64,000 bases of DNA from Meyerozyma guilliermondii (GCA_051546255.1 CP128816.1:496001-560000); one strand, 5' to 3'; counted from the stretch's first letter, positions 1-11,008 are shown. Notes: generated by a model from the letters alone, not told the origin. Made by a program: numbers and translations.

Positions 1-239
1 CAATTTCAGATGATTCTCCAATTCTCTCAAATACCTACGCTCAACCGCCTTATTCATACAACTAGATTCTTACTTTCAACAGCCTCAATATATACAACTT
101 CCACCTAATTTGCACCCAATCATCCACTCACCAATTCATATTAAAGAAAGCTAATTACTCTTATACTGAATATCAGTCTACACAACTTCTCGTACCCCAA
201 CCACCCCAACCACCCAAACCTTATACTTTCTTCTTATCT

Positions 240-358
240 TGACTCAATAGTTGCTCCTGAGTCACCCTCGTAATGTGGACACCGCTCACGTGCCGCGCCT
301 CAAACCTACCCCCGGTTGTCCGATACACTCTGCGTGAGAATCTCTCATGTCACGTGAC
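240..358. promoter_or_regulatory. YAK1 upstream cluster: two Gcn4/AP-1 sites (TGACTCA 240-246, TGAGTCA 258-264) and two Cbf1-type E-boxes (TCACGTG 286-292, GTCACGTGAC 349-358)
   Basis: Exact motif matches 80-200 bp upstream of ATG 441; function inferred. Confidence 0.5.
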
Positions 359-440
359 CGAATGCCAGGGTCGAGCTGAACGCCAACCCTCTTCTCCGCT
401 CTGCAATCCTAAAGTGTCAACCCCCCTGTCCATCTCGCTG

Positions 441-2558
441 ATGGCGTACAATTACAACACCAACCGTCACAATTCGGTAGGAGGCAGCTGGCAACTTCCT
501 CCGCCGCCGCCACAACCTCCGGTTTCTTCGGGGGCATACTCCGATTCTCCGGCGATGATGAATCACGATTTTCGAAACCCATGGTTTTCCGGGGGTCGGC
601 CCCAGGCTCAGCAGAATGTAGCTGGACAGATGCTGATGGCGAATAGTCCGACGAAAACCCCTCAGCTTCCATTATTACAAACTCAAGTGGGCCAGCAACC
701 CAAACGGCTCTCCCTCGTAAATCAGTTACCCACCACTTATGAAGACGAAACTCAGAATTCCGGACCTTTTATACACCCGCCGACGAGGGTGGACAATCCC
801 TTCAATCAATACTACACAAATCAAGACGTTACCTTGGACGACCGTCGAATGTCGGTTGCTGATGGGTCGTATCTCAAATCGGGCTACAATGGATTTGCAG
901 AACCGGGAGGTGGTGGAGGAGTTGCTGGTGCAGGCATTGCTCCACCATATGGTCAGGCTTCGTTCAACAATCTTCGGCGGTCGTCATTGGCCGTTGGACC
1001 GTTTATGGATGGAGGTGTTGCTGGGTACCGCAAGCCTGGAAGATCTGCCTCTGTGGTTCAATATCAACAATATCAACAAAGTGTGCTGGAAAAACAACAC
1101 AGCTACTTCAGATTACCTGCTCCTCGTGCCAAAAGAGTCCATTCGAAACTAGATTTGCATCCCAAGATTCACCACATACCCAAGTACCGTCGAGCCTCGG
1201 TCAATTCCGTCCACATTTCACCGGTCAATGCCCTTTCGATTTACTTGACCGAGACATACCGCATCTGCCAGCCCAAAAAATTTCAGTACTCCAAGCTGAC
1301 AAACCCCAAAAGAGTGCTCACCAAACCGCTGGATCCAAAGTACAATAATGGCTACGATAACGAAGACAGTGATTATATCCTCTACGTCAACGATGTTTTG
1401 GGCACGGAGGAGGGCCGCAAGTACATTGTGTTGGACCTCTTGGGCTCGGGGACGTTTGGTCAGGTGGTAAAGTGCCAGAACTTGACCAACCAGTCGGTGT
1501 GTGCAATCAAAGTGATCAAGTCCAAACCCGCATACATGAACCAATCTTTAACCGAGGTGCGACTCCTCGAGTTTCTCAACTCCAACAGTGATGGTAACCA
1601 CTTTATTCGATTACTTGACACTTTCATGCACAAGGAACATCTCTGTCTTGTGTTCGAGTTGCTAGCATCTAATCTTTACGAGCTCATCAAACAGAACCAG
1701 TTCCAAGGTCTCAATATGCGGTTAGTGAAACTCTTGACCAAGCAGCTATTAGAATCCATGGCCCAGCTCAAAAGTTTCCAGATTATTCATTGCGATCTAA
1801 AACCGGAAAATATCCTCTTATGCCAGCCAGATAAACCCGATATCAAAATCATAGATTTCGGTTCGGCTTGCTTCACACATCAAACCATCTACTCCTACAT
1901 CCAGTCACGATTTTACCGGTCTCCTGAGGTCATCTTGGGCCTCCCGTATACTGAGTCCATAGATATGTGGTCCTTGGGTTGCATTGTGGGAGAGTTGTTT
2001 CTCGGCCTTCCAATGTTTCCCGGCACATCTGAGTACAATCAGATATGGAAAATTGTCGACATGCTCGGATATCCACCTCGCCATATGATCGATGTTGGTC
2101 GCAATTCTACAAACTTTTTCCACAAGGTGCCTGCTTCTACTCCAGAAGGAAAGCATTCTTACACCATAAAATCTTACGACGAATACGTTCAGTATTTGGC
2201 ATCTACAAAGGGTAAAGAAGAACAGAGTCAGAAGGAGCAGAAAAATAAAAACTATTTCAAACATCGTCTGATGAAAGATATAATATTGAACTACAAATTC
2301 TCGTCCAAAATGACAAACACAATGATTGAAAAGGAATGTCAAGAACGGTTATTATTGGTCGATTTCCTCACCAAATGTCTCAATATGAACCCCCTTGAAA
2401 GACTAACACCTCAGGAAGCATTAAAGCATCCATTTGTGAATGACGTATTGCAGCCATTGACCCCAACTCCACAGCCAGAATCCACTCAGAACCACTTTGC
2501 ACCTCGTCGTGCAAGCACCCTTGACAATCGTATACAAGCACAGTACTCGCGTACGTAG
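441..2558 (+). CDS. YAK1: DYRK-family Ser/Thr kinase Yak1
   Basis: DH box NNGYDNEDSDYIL, GSGTFGQV, HCDLKPEN, DFGSAC, YSYIQSRFYRSPE; several RRxS PKA sites in the N-terminus. Start taken at ATG 441 (MAYNYN) because the upstream ORF extension overlaps promoter motifs. Confidence 0.95.
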   Translation: MAYNYNTNRHNSVGGSWQLPPPPPQPPVSSGAYSDSPAMMNHDFRNPWFSGGRPQAQQNVAGQMLMANSPTKTPQLPLLQTQVGQQPKRLSLVNQLPTTYEDETQNSGPFIHPPTRVDNPFNQYYTNQDVTLDDRRMSVADGSYLKSGYNGFAEPGGGGGVAGAGIAPPYGQASFNNLRRSSLAVGPFMDGGVAGYRKPGRSASVVQYQQYQQSVLEKQHSYFRLPAPRAKRVHSKLDLHPKIHHIPKYRRASVNSVHISPVNALSIYLTETYRICQPKKFQYSKLTNPKRVLTKPLDPKYNNGYDNEDSDYILYVNDVLGTEEGRKYIVLDLLGSGTFGQVVKCQNLTNQSVCAIKVIKSKPAYMNQSLTEVRLLEFLNSNSDGNHFIRLLDTFMHKEHLCLVFELLASNLYELIKQNQFQGLNMRLVKLLTKQLLESMAQLKSFQIIHCDLKPENILLCQPDKPDIKIIDFGSACFTHQTIYSYIQSRFYRSPEVILGLPYTESIDMWSLGCIVGELFLGLPMFPGTSEYNQIWKIVDMLGYPPRHMIDVGRNSTNFFHKVPASTPEGKHSYTIKSYDEYVQYLASTKGKEEQSQKEQKNKNYFKHRLMKDIILNYKFSSKMTNTMIEKECQERLLLVDFLTKCLNMNPLERLTPQEALKHPFVNDVLQPLTPTPQPESTQNHFAPRRASTLDNRIQAQYSRT

Positions 2559-2929
2559 TAATGCATGCCACGAAGAGAAATAGAGAGTAGAAGTAGAGTA
2601 AGAAGTAGAGAGTAAGAAATAGAGAGAAGAAGTTGAGAGAAGAAGTTGAGAAGAAGAAAAAAAAGGAAAAGATCAAAGGATAGGTGTTCAAAGTAAAAGA
2701 CAAACAGTCAAGATATTACTCAAACTAAGAGAAAAAAGCTCAGAGCTATATTTTAAGCTTTTAATAAAAGTAACTGCTTAGTATAGCGGGTGTTCTTCAG
2801 TTGGTTTTAGTGAGCATCCACTACGTTCTGGTGTCTGGGTGCAACCCCATCTTTGTCAACGAAAAATCTCGTTGTGATCGTGTGGTTCGTTTCGTCAGTT
2901 TTGGATCTTGTTTCGGAGATCCTTAGGCC

Positions 2930-3496
2930 ATGAACGTGAGTACCAGTGCGCTTGGTGTGCGAAGAAGAAAACCCGCTTCTCAGAACATCGACGATGAAGA
3001 AAACGCAGCCACCTTGAAACTAGGACCCGAATTCCAACTCACACAAATCACCCATTCCGGAGAACCTGAGCAATTGATAGCACTAAACTTGTCGGAGGCG
3101 AGATTGCTCGTTCGTGCTGCGTTGAAAGAGCGGAAAAATAAGGGAAGACCCAACGATGACGACAATGATGAAGATGATAAAGAAGATGAGATTGCCAATA
3201 TGGAGCTTGCAGGGCCAGAATCCAACGAGGTTATCCATAAGACTTTGAATTACTTGTCGACATTTTCACGCTTCCAGAACACTTCGTCCACAGAAACCGT
3301 AGAAAAATTATTGAACGATTTTAGCGCTCTGATAGCGGAACCATTGCATCCATTTGAATTTGCCCAGCTTGGAAATTTGGAGTTTGAAGACGCCGAGGAG
3401 GCCAAGTCGTTGATTCCCAGCTTGGCTAACAAGGTTTCTGATGTACAGTTGCAGACGTTGCTCAGTGAGTTGAGAAAGTACCAGACTTTGTCGTAA
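2930..3496 (+). CDS. RPB4: RNA polymerase II subunit Rpb4
   Basis: MNVSTS start, EENAATLKLGPEF, LIALNLSEARL, LHPFEFAQLGNL..DAEEAKSLIPSL. Confidence 0.95.
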   Translation: MNVSTSALGVRRRKPASQNIDDEENAATLKLGPEFQLTQITHSGEPEQLIALNLSEARLLVRAALKERKNKGRPNDDDNDEDDKEDEIANMELAGPESNEVIHKTLNYLSTFSRFQNTSSTETVEKLLNDFSALIAEPLHPFEFAQLGNLEFEDAEEAKSLIPSLANKVSDVQLQTLLSELRKYQTLS

Positions 3497-3747
3497 AATG
3501 TATAATATAGACAGTGATGTAGAGTAGCCGAAATTCAGCAAAAAATAGAAAATTAGAAAAATTAGAAAAATCGGCAAATGTCAGCAGACGCACTAATGTA
3601 GGTCATTGGTCTGTAAAGTCAACTTTTTCTGGTCCTTATTCATTATTTCGTTTAATTTGTGTTCTCACTTTCTTCAATTCTCACTATCTCTTCTCACTTT
3701 ATCTCTTCGCATTTATCTTCAATTCGCATTCATTTATCGAATCTAAC

Positions 3748-6636
3748 ATGGATGATGACGACTACGACGAGTTTGGCAACTTGATAGGAGATCCCCTCGA
3801 TTCCGATGCAGATTCGAGCTCTGATGCCGAAAGTATATCCCATATAGATTCTCGAGACCATTCTGGTGAAAATCCATTGAATTCTGTGCCAATTGACAAA
3901 GATGCCAAAACAGCTTCCCTGCGAGATAATGACAATTCTATGGCCATAACGCGTAACGAAGGTAAGCAGGTGGGACTCAAGTCGACTTTCGGGCCAGAAG
4001 TCGAAACAATCATTGTTAAACCTACAATGGAACAGAAAGACGAGCCCGTGATTCTTCCCGATATACAAAAAAAATTACGCCTTGTGCTTGACGAATCTCT
4101 ACCCGAGGTTGTTTATTCAAGGGAGTATATGCTCCAAACTATGTCTTCGCTACCCGAAAGGATAAGGAATATTGCCGTTATTGGGAATTTTCACTCTGGT
4201 AAAACCAGCCTCATCGACCTATTCATCCACCAGACTCATCCCACCATTAAACCTTCTACCAGTCTCAAATCTTTCAAACCGCTTCGCTACCTCGATAACC
4301 ACTTTCTCGAGCTCCATCGAGGGATGAGCATCAAACTGAGTCCTGTTACGCTTCTTCTTCCTGATCTGAACGACAAGTCGTACATTCTTAATATAGTTGA
4401 CACTCCTGGTCATTTTGACTTTGCAGACGAAACCATAGCTGCTCTCGAAGCTACAGATGGTGCTGTTTTTGTCTTGGATGTTGTGGAAGGGTTGACTCCC
4501 AGAGACAAAGCTCTTATATCACAAGTCATGAAGCGTGATATGTCGATGACATTTGTTCTCAATAAAATCGACCGATTGATCCTTGAACTTCGCTTACCGC
4601 CGCTAGACACCTACTTGAAGCTACAGTACATCGTTGACGATGTGCTATCATTCATAGAGGAAAATGAGTTCTACTCGGCATATTCACACAAGTTTGAAAT
4701 GAGTCCTGCTTCCGGTCATTTCTTGTTTGCTTCGGCAACCTACTGTTTCTGCTTCTCCTTGGAAACATTTGGGTCTCTCTACGCCAAAAATCACGAAAAT
4801 CTCGATGTCGCTGACTTTTCTGAAAAGTTGTGGGGTGATTGGTACTATGATTCTACCACGAACAATCTCACTTCAAAACCACACCAAAGGTTGGAACGTA
4901 CATTTGTCAAGTTGGTCTTGGGGCCAGTGTACAAATTGTTCACTGCTAGTTTGACTTCAAACTCAGCTGGTGAAAGCATTGCGTCTCTCCTTTGGCTGAA
5001 CTTTGGTATTCAACTAGACAAGTCAAAGTACAAGCAGGACGTGCAAATCCTACTCAAGGATGTCTTTCACACCACCATTGGCACAGCGTCCTTTGTAGAT
5101 CTGGTGTCTATTTGCATTGTCTCTCCTAAGAAAATACCTACTCGCCAGACCAACAGTCCGATTTTAACGCATATTGTCAAACTAATTGAACATGCTGATG
5201 GGCTGGGGTTCGACTCCTTGGTCAGAATAGTCAAGGGAACATTGACCAAGGGCCAGAAAGTGACTGTGTATGGAGACAATTATGTGGAAGACGATGAAAA
5301 TTATAGAAGTGAAATCATAGATGCCATACTTGTGCCAGGAGGAAGGTATAACTTTGAGGTGGAAGAAGCAGGTGAAGGGTCTATTGTTCTAGTCAAAGGA
5401 ATCGACTCCATAATTTCCAAATCAGGCACCTTGGCTCTTTCAGATGACTACATTTTTCCGAGCCAAAGCTATTCAAAAAATTCTGTGTTCAAGGTGGCTA
5501 TCGAGCCGTTTGTTCCTAACGATTTACCAAAGATGTTGGATGGGCTCAGAAAGGTCAGCAAGTCGTATCTCGCTTGCTCTGTCAAAGTGGAAGACAGTGG
5601 AGAACACTTGGTATTTGGAAGTGGAGAGCTTTATTTGGACTGCGTTCTACATGATCTTCGGAACTTTTTCACGGACGACTTGGAGATCAAAGTCAGCGAT
5701 CCAATGCCCAAATTTAGTGAAACCTGTAGCGAAACTTCGTTTACGGTGATTTCGACTCAATCTGGGGAGAACTCCATTTCCGTCATTGCTGAACCGGTAA
5801 ATGATACAAAGTTGAGTCTTGCAATCGAGAATGGTAAGATCAATTTGAACGAAGACATAAAGACTCTTTCGAAAAAGTTGAGACTTGAGTACGGATGGGA
5901 TGCCCTTGCTTCGCGATCAGTATGGTGCTTCGGTCCCGATGATATCCAGAGTCCCAGTATATTATTGGACGACACTTTGGAAGCTGAAACCGATAAGAAG
6001 TTGCTCTACTCAGCGAAACCTCATATTAATCTCGGTTTCAAATGGTCAGTGAATGAAGGACCATTGTGTGATGAACCTATACGAAATACCAAGTTCAAAA
6101 TTCTCGATGCCACAATCAGTGGAGCAGAAATCAGCCGTGGAGGTGCTCGTTTAATTCCTCTCAGTCGCAAAGCATGCTATACTGGATTTTTAACCGCTTC
6201 TCCTCGACTCATGGAACCTTATTATCGTGTTCATGGAACATGTCCTCACCGAGCAATTGCTGTGTTCACAGCACTTTTGGGCAAGAGAAGAGGGTACTTG
6301 GAAAGCGAAACTCCAATTCCAGGAACTGGTTTATTTCAAGTTGTAGGACTTGTACCAGTAATTGAAGCGGTTGGACTTGAAACTGAAATAAGACTCAACA
6401 CCCAAGGCCAAGCCATGTGCTTTTTGGTGTTTGACCTGTGGAACATAGTACCTGGAGATCCCTTGGATGAAACGGTTCCATTGCCTACCATGAAACCGGT
6501 TCCTGATGAATCTTTGGCAAGAGACTTTGTCCTCAAGACAAGACGAAGAAAAGGGTTGAGTGGAGAGCCCAGTCTTCAAAAATATGTTGACCAAGACCTC
6601 TATCATAGTCTTAAACATAATGGTTTGGTGCCTTAA
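3748..6636 (+). CDS. SNU114: U5 snRNP GTPase Snu114 (EF-2-like)
   Basis: N-terminal DDYDEFGNLIG; G motifs GNFHSGKT, DTPGH, NKIDRL; GELYLDCVLHDLR; LARDFVLKTRRRKGL. Confidence 0.95.
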   Translation: MDDDDYDEFGNLIGDPLDSDADSSSDAESISHIDSRDHSGENPLNSVPIDKDAKTASLRDNDNSMAITRNEGKQVGLKSTFGPEVETIIVKPTMEQKDEPVILPDIQKKLRLVLDESLPEVVYSREYMLQTMSSLPERIRNIAVIGNFHSGKTSLIDLFIHQTHPTIKPSTSLKSFKPLRYLDNHFLELHRGMSIKLSPVTLLLPDLNDKSYILNIVDTPGHFDFADETIAALEATDGAVFVLDVVEGLTPRDKALISQVMKRDMSMTFVLNKIDRLILELRLPPLDTYLKLQYIVDDVLSFIEENEFYSAYSHKFEMSPASGHFLFASATYCFCFSLETFGSLYAKNHENLDVADFSEKLWGDWYYDSTTNNLTSKPHQRLERTFVKLVLGPVYKLFTASLTSNSAGESIASLLWLNFGIQLDKSKYKQDVQILLKDVFHTTIGTASFVDLVSICIVSPKKIPTRQTNSPILTHIVKLIEHADGLGFDSLVRIVKGTLTKGQKVTVYGDNYVEDDENYRSEIIDAILVPGGRYNFEVEEAGEGSIVLVKGIDSIISKSGTLALSDDYIFPSQSYSKNSVFKVAIEPFVPNDLPKMLDGLRKVSKSYLACSVKVEDSGEHLVFGSGELYLDCVLHDLRNFFTDDLEIKVSDPMPKFSETCSETSFTVISTQSGENSISVIAEPVNDTKLSLAIENGKINLNEDIKTLSKKLRLEYGWDALASRSVWCFGPDDIQSPSILLDDTLEAETDKKLLYSAKPHINLGFKWSVNEGPLCDEPIRNTKFKILDATISGAEISRGGARLIPLSRKACYTGFLTASPRLMEPYYRVHGTCPHRAIAVFTALLGKRRGYLESETPIPGTGLFQVVGLVPVIEAVGLETEIRLNTQGQAMCFLVFDLWNIVPGDPLDETVPLPTMKPVPDESLARDFVLKTRRRKGLSGEPSLQKYVDQDLYHSLKHNGLVP

Positions 6637-6661
6637 GGCTAATGCATTTATTTACTATATA

Positions 6662-8017
6662 CTAATCTATAGATAGCCTTTGGCGTTTCTTGGCACTAGT
6701 AGGTGATTCTGCTGGGCGTTTTTCAGGAGAATGTTTCATAATCGATTCGAAGCCTTTCTTCTCTCGTATGAGTTCTGCAAGTCCATTGAACTTGGTGATA
6801 AATCTGGTTTGCGATGTCAATGTGCATGCCATGGACAACGGTTTTTCCGATACAGTATTTTCAGCTAACCTTTCGAATGTCGATAAGAAATCGTTGAAGG
6901 TTACTTCTCTTGAATACACATTATCTTCAGTCAAGTGAAGTCCATCAAACTGGGGAAACAGTAACACAAGTTCTTCGTCGACAGAAAAGTTGTAGATTTC
7001 ATTCAAGTCCTCATTATGTCTCATTAGTCCAAAAAACTCTTCAATAGGTAGTTCCAACACACTGCTAGAATCGAATAATGGTACAAGAAGAGATACGTCT
7101 ATGGACGAATTTTCTGCTTTGAATGGTACCAATAGAAACTCCGTGTCTGCAACATCAATTATTATGGGCACAGTTGGTTGGTCTTCGTCTTTGGTCACTA
7201 TACGGTTGTCTTCGTTGACCAAAGTCGCGTAATCTTCTTTAGAAAGCGAAGGTGAATTTGGATTGGAGGGTTCGTTTATCTGATTATAGTCATGCTCCTC
7301 GTGTGGATCTTCCTTGTATTCGGGATCGTTTCCCTGTGGATCGTCCGATACATCTCGTTCTTCCTCATCTTCTCCTTCATTTTCTTCTTTTTCTCGTTCT
7401 TCTTCGGCGTCTAGCTCCTCCTCTAGATTTTCATTTTCTTCCACATCTGAATATTCATTTGTTTCATTAATTGGTCCCGATTCTGCTCCAGACGCTTCTG
7501 CTTCATCTTCTTCAAAATCCTCTCTATACGTCCTGTCTGTGCCTTCTTTTTCGACGACCAGTTCTTCTTCATTCTCTCCTTCTTCTATTTCTTCTCTTTC
7601 TTCTGCTTCTTTTTCTTCTCCACTATCCGCCTCTTCCCCTTCCCCCTCTTCATTGTAATCTGTCCCGTTAGGCTCTGGAGACACTTCTTCGATTGAATCA
7701 GACTTCAGCTTGTCGTCTTCCATATCGCTTTCGATATTCTCAACATTTTCATCCAAAGTCAAAACCTCGTCTACTTCATCATTAGTTGTTGCTTCTTCTA
7801 TACCATTTTCCTCTTCATTGGAACCTATTCGGGGTTCTGGCTCTGCTATTTCTTCTTGTACTTCTCGCTCTTCTACGATTTCAACGTCATCATCGAGCTC
7901 CAGATGCATTTCTTGGGAATAACTATCATGAGATTCCAGTTCTTGTTCACTTACCTGTTCGTTAATATCTACATCATCGTCAATTTCTATATCCACCGAA
8001 CTTGGTGAATCGTCCAT
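6662..8017 (-). CDS. RMR1: Rmr1-like (DUF2420) protein with a long acidic N-terminal region
   Basis: C-terminal domain FLLVPF..LFD..ELVLLFPQFDGLHLTEDNVY..QTRFITKFNGL resembles the Rmr1 family; basic C-terminal NLS-like KKRQR; ATG at 8017. Confidence 0.65.
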   Translation of the reverse strand: MDDSPSSVDIEIDDDVDINEQVSEQELESHDSYSQEMHLELDDDVEIVEEREVQEEIAEPEPRIGSNEEENGIEEATTNDEVDEVLTLDENVENIESDMEDDKLKSDSIEEVSPEPNGTDYNEEGEGEEADSGEEKEAEEREEIEEGENEEELVVEKEGTDRTYREDFEEDEAEASGAESGPINETNEYSDVEENENLEEELDAEEEREKEENEGEDEEERDVSDDPQGNDPEYKEDPHEEHDYNQINEPSNPNSPSLSKEDYATLVNEDNRIVTKDEDQPTVPIIIDVADTEFLLVPFKAENSSIDVSLLVPLFDSSSVLELPIEEFFGLMRHNEDLNEIYNFSVDEELVLLFPQFDGLHLTEDNVYSREVTFNDFLSTFERLAENTVSEKPLSMACTLTSQTRFITKFNGLAELIREKKGFESIMKHSPEKRPAESPTSAKKRQRLSID

Positions 8018-8112
8018 AGTACACTGTAGTTTGAAGTTGTCGCAGCTGCGAAACTTGGGCGGCTGGTGCAGGAAGTCTACATGGGACAGGCTAAAGTACT
8101 GTACATTTAAAA

Positions 8113-10191
8113 TTAGGGCACCCACACCTTAAAGGTCTGTGGAGCTTCTAGAGACAAAGGTTTCTCGTTATCATCTCCCTTGGCATCAGACCCATTGCTA
8201 TCTCCATTTTCCTTTGTGGATGATGCGGCCGCATTCAGTACCACCGAATGTTTCGTAGGCTTATACAATTGTGACTCCACTTCTGAAAGAAGCAGCTTGA
8301 CTTTATCATCCACTTCCTGTTGTTTCAAAGTATCCAATACTTCGGCAAGCTTGGTGGTTATGGTGGTTGTAGACCGCGTAAAAGCCAACCTGTCGAGGAA
8401 AACTTCCTGTTGCTGCTTCGCCAAAAGCTTGCGTTCTTTCTCATACATCTTTTCCAATTCAGCAAGTTTTTGAAGCTTCAAGTCAACTTTGGTCAACTGT
8501 TGATTAATGATTGAATGCGCCAACTTGTGCATTTCACGATCCTCATAGGTAGCAAACAAATGACTGCGGGCACCGACAATGCCAAACGCAGCTACTGCAG
8601 CGTCACGCACCACGTCGGTAGATTCTTCTGTTGTGATGGCTCCATTCTCCTTCACCTCATCGCTCTTTTCTTCTTCCTTTATATCTTCTTGTTTAGCGGC
8701 TTCAACACTCACCTTTTCTATCTTTTCCTGAATCTTGGAATCCATTTCTTTGATTGCACGACCACTTGCAGCTTTGGCGACGTCACTATCCACCAATTGA
8801 GCCATGAAAGCCAAATTGTTTATCACGGGATGATCAACACCATTGACGGGGAAGTTGGAAGCATACTTCATTATACCAACATCACCCAACTTGTCGTAGC
8901 TATCTTCAATTGGAACCTGGAGAAATTTGAGTACACACTCCTGCGGAGTTTTGGTACCCACTTTTTTGGAGACCTTATACCAATCATTCTTGAACTCTTT
9001 TATTCCCGCCAACAAGTTTGAAGTTTCTTCTTCTGTCCAGTGGTGGGTCTTTTGCTTCTTTTGAGGAGGTGCGTCGTCATTGGAGTCTAAGTTGCTCTCC
9101 TTGAAGTCAGTGTGGACTTCCCCATTGCCGGAGCCGGTACCGACTAGTTCCCGCAATTTTGATACATCAACCTTATTGGAAGCTATATTATGAGTAGTGA
9201 AGGGAAAAAGGCCTCTAGGGCTGTCATAGGTAACATGGTAGTCACCCGTAAAAGGAAGGCCAGCCGTAGTTCCATTATTGAGTTTTTCGATCGGGTATCC
9301 AGGCTTAAAGTGAGGATTCACCTGATAGTTTATTAGACCCCATTTATTGAGGAAACGATGCACTCTCATCAAAGTTCCAACATCGCCAACCAAATTACGC
9401 CGACAAGAAGTCAACGTTAAGTATTCGTTTGGATTGAGTCTATAAGAGTTGATCATGAAGTTTCTGTAATTGAGGTAGATCGTAGGTGATTTTGACGGGT
9501 GTTTTGACTTAAAGAACTCGGGAAGACTCTCTTTCTCTATAGGGTGGATCGACTTCATTTTGAACCACCGCGAGTATGATGGCATTATGATGGTGTGGGT
9601 TTGTTTTACATTTGACAGGTGGTCCACATCGCCCTCGTCACCCACCTTTCGACTTTCCAGCGTCTCGTACTCGCTGGAGTCATCCTTCGAATCGGGTGCA
9701 TTGGGCATGGTGGTCTCGTCCTCAATTTTGAGGCCCTTTTTTGCGTGGGGGCGATGGGCTACGATATCGTCGTCATCGTCGGGGGCAGTGGTTGCGTCTT
9801 TTGCGTCTTTGTCGATGTTTTCCTTTTCGTCGTTTTCGCCCATATCAACATCGGCGTCGGTATTAGCGATGGCGGTGGTGTTGGCATCAGCATTGGAATC
9901 GGCATTCGTGTCGGTATTGGTCTTCGGTTTGTCTTCACTCGACTCTTCATCTGCTTGGGGAAACTCATTGAAATCTTTCAAGTCTGCCGGTGTTTCGGTG
10001 GAACCATGATAGGTATTTCGCGTAGGTTCCATGTCTATGTTCATGTCGATGCCCAAATCAGGGTTATCTTGAGGCGAGGCTCCGCTCAAGTACGAGCCAT
10101 CGTTGTCATTCAACAGCACCTCTGAGTTTATGGGATCGAATTCAGACGATGCTGGTTTGTCCTGCGGTGACGGAGAATCCGACAGGCTCAT
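8113..10191 (-). CDS. SWI3: SWI/SNF subunit Swi3 (SWIRM + SANT + leucine zipper)
   Basis: YRNFMINSYRLNPNEY..HRFLNKWGLINYQV SWIRM; WT..E..LL..W SANT; no ZZ zinc finger, which favours Swi3 over Rsc8; next to RPL17. Confidence 0.88.
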   Translation of the reverse strand: MSLSDSPSPQDKPASSEFDPINSEVLLNDNDGSYLSGASPQDNPDLGIDMNIDMEPTRNTYHGSTETPADLKDFNEFPQADEESSEDKPKTNTDTNADSNADANTTAIANTDADVDMGENDEKENIDKDAKDATTAPDDDDDIVAHRPHAKKGLKIEDETTMPNAPDSKDDSSEYETLESRKVGDEGDVDHLSNVKQTHTIIMPSYSRWFKMKSIHPIEKESLPEFFKSKHPSKSPTIYLNYRNFMINSYRLNPNEYLTLTSCRRNLVGDVGTLMRVHRFLNKWGLINYQVNPHFKPGYPIEKLNNGTTAGLPFTGDYHVTYDSPRGLFPFTTHNIASNKVDVSKLRELVGTGSGNGEVHTDFKESNLDSNDDAPPQKKQKTHHWTEEETSNLLAGIKEFKNDWYKVSKKVGTKTPQECVLKFLQVPIEDSYDKLGDVGIMKYASNFPVNGVDHPVINNLAFMAQLVDSDVAKAASGRAIKEMDSKIQEKIEKVSVEAAKQEDIKEEEKSDEVKENGAITTEESTDVVRDAAVAAFGIVGARSHLFATYEDREMHKLAHSIINQQLTKVDLKLQKLAELEKMYEKERKLLAKQQQEVFLDRLAFTRSTTTITTKLAEVLDTLKQQEVDDKVKLLLSEVESQLYKPTKHSVVLNAAASSTKENGDSNGSDAKGDDNEKPLSLEAPQTFKVWVP

Positions 10192-10881
10192 TGCACCAGT
10201 TGGTAGCACCGGGTGCGCAGTGTGTAACGCGTCCGGGTTTACGTTGTGGGAGTTAACACCGTCTGGGGTATTCGGTGCCGGGGTTCAATGCAGTCGTTTA
10301 TTCGGGCCGACAAGCAATTGGAGGCGGGCCAGAACTATCAAGATGGATTCAGCTTACGACAACAAAAAATATGGGGTACACCACAATGTCGGCACTCGGA
10401 AATCTTGGGTGTGCAGTTCGGTTTGACTCGCGTATAATGACTCGCGTTTAATGTCTACCTTGGCAAGGCTGGTGTGTTTTTTGGGCTCAAATTCGGGAGC
10501 GGGTGAGGGGCGTGCAAAGTCCAGGCTCTCCCGCCTGTATATAGCCCAGGCCGGTGTTCCTGCCTCGGTGGCAAGGAGCGAGAGTGAGCAATAGGAGGAA
10601 CATGAGTGAATAGTAAGAAGAAAAAAAATTGGGGTGCAGAATCGCTATTTAAACCAATGTGCAATCAGCCGCTCGTAAATAAGGTATCTGTGACCACAAG
10701 GACCGGAAACCTATATTCCGGCCTGGGGCATGCGTCTGCAAGGTTGCGCGCCACCGGCAGTGCGGCGCTGGCGGGAACAATTGCAGGAGGGGATCGCCGG
10801 GGTGGGGCGGTGGTGGTGATGGAATAAAGATGGGGGCATCAACTGTGGTACTATGACGTGGGGGATAGGGAAGAGATAGCT

Positions 10882-11008
10882 ACCTAGGGCTTTTATTTTG
10901 TGGTGTATTGGATGTGTTCACTTTGTGTGGCATCTTTGCTCACGTGCGCGCGTCCAGGGCGCGGCCCCCGCTGCAGCTCAGAGTTCGCACCAAAAACAAA
11001 ATTTTTCA
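10882..11008. promoter_or_regulatory. Ribosomal-protein promoter elements: Tbf1-like TAGGGCT (about 10885-10891), Cbf1 TCACGTG (10940-10946), RRPE AAAATTTTTCA (10998-11008)
   Basis: Motif matches upstream of RPL17; Tbf1/Cbf1 control of RP genes is established in C. albicans. Confidence 0.5.

Noticed and set aside
349..358. CDEI-like GTCACGTGAC as a point centromere (also 55800, 59870)
   Set aside because: No AT-rich CDEII or CDEIII; CUG-clade yeasts use regional centromeres; read as Cbf1 promoter sites
273..440. ORF-track N-terminal extensions (YAK1, RPL17, ERG20, EBP2, LYS21, CAK1 and others)
   Set aside because: They run through promoter motifs or the previous gene's 3' region, often from TTG/GTG; homology begins at the downstream ATG
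2575..2730. Purine-rich GAGAAG/AGTAG repeats (also 27930-28100, 12200-12310) as a CRISPR array or mobile-element remnant
   Set aside because: Low-complexity UTR/intergenic tracts with no constant repeat-spacer structure, LTR or TIR
8113..10191. Calling the SWIRM/SANT protein RSC8
   Set aside because: No ZZ zinc finger; acidic N-terminus, NSYRLNPNEY motif and RPL17 adjacency fit SWI3
10270..10300. GGTTCAATGC as a tRNA B-box
   Set aside because: Mismatch to GTTCRANYC and no cloverleaf or A-box
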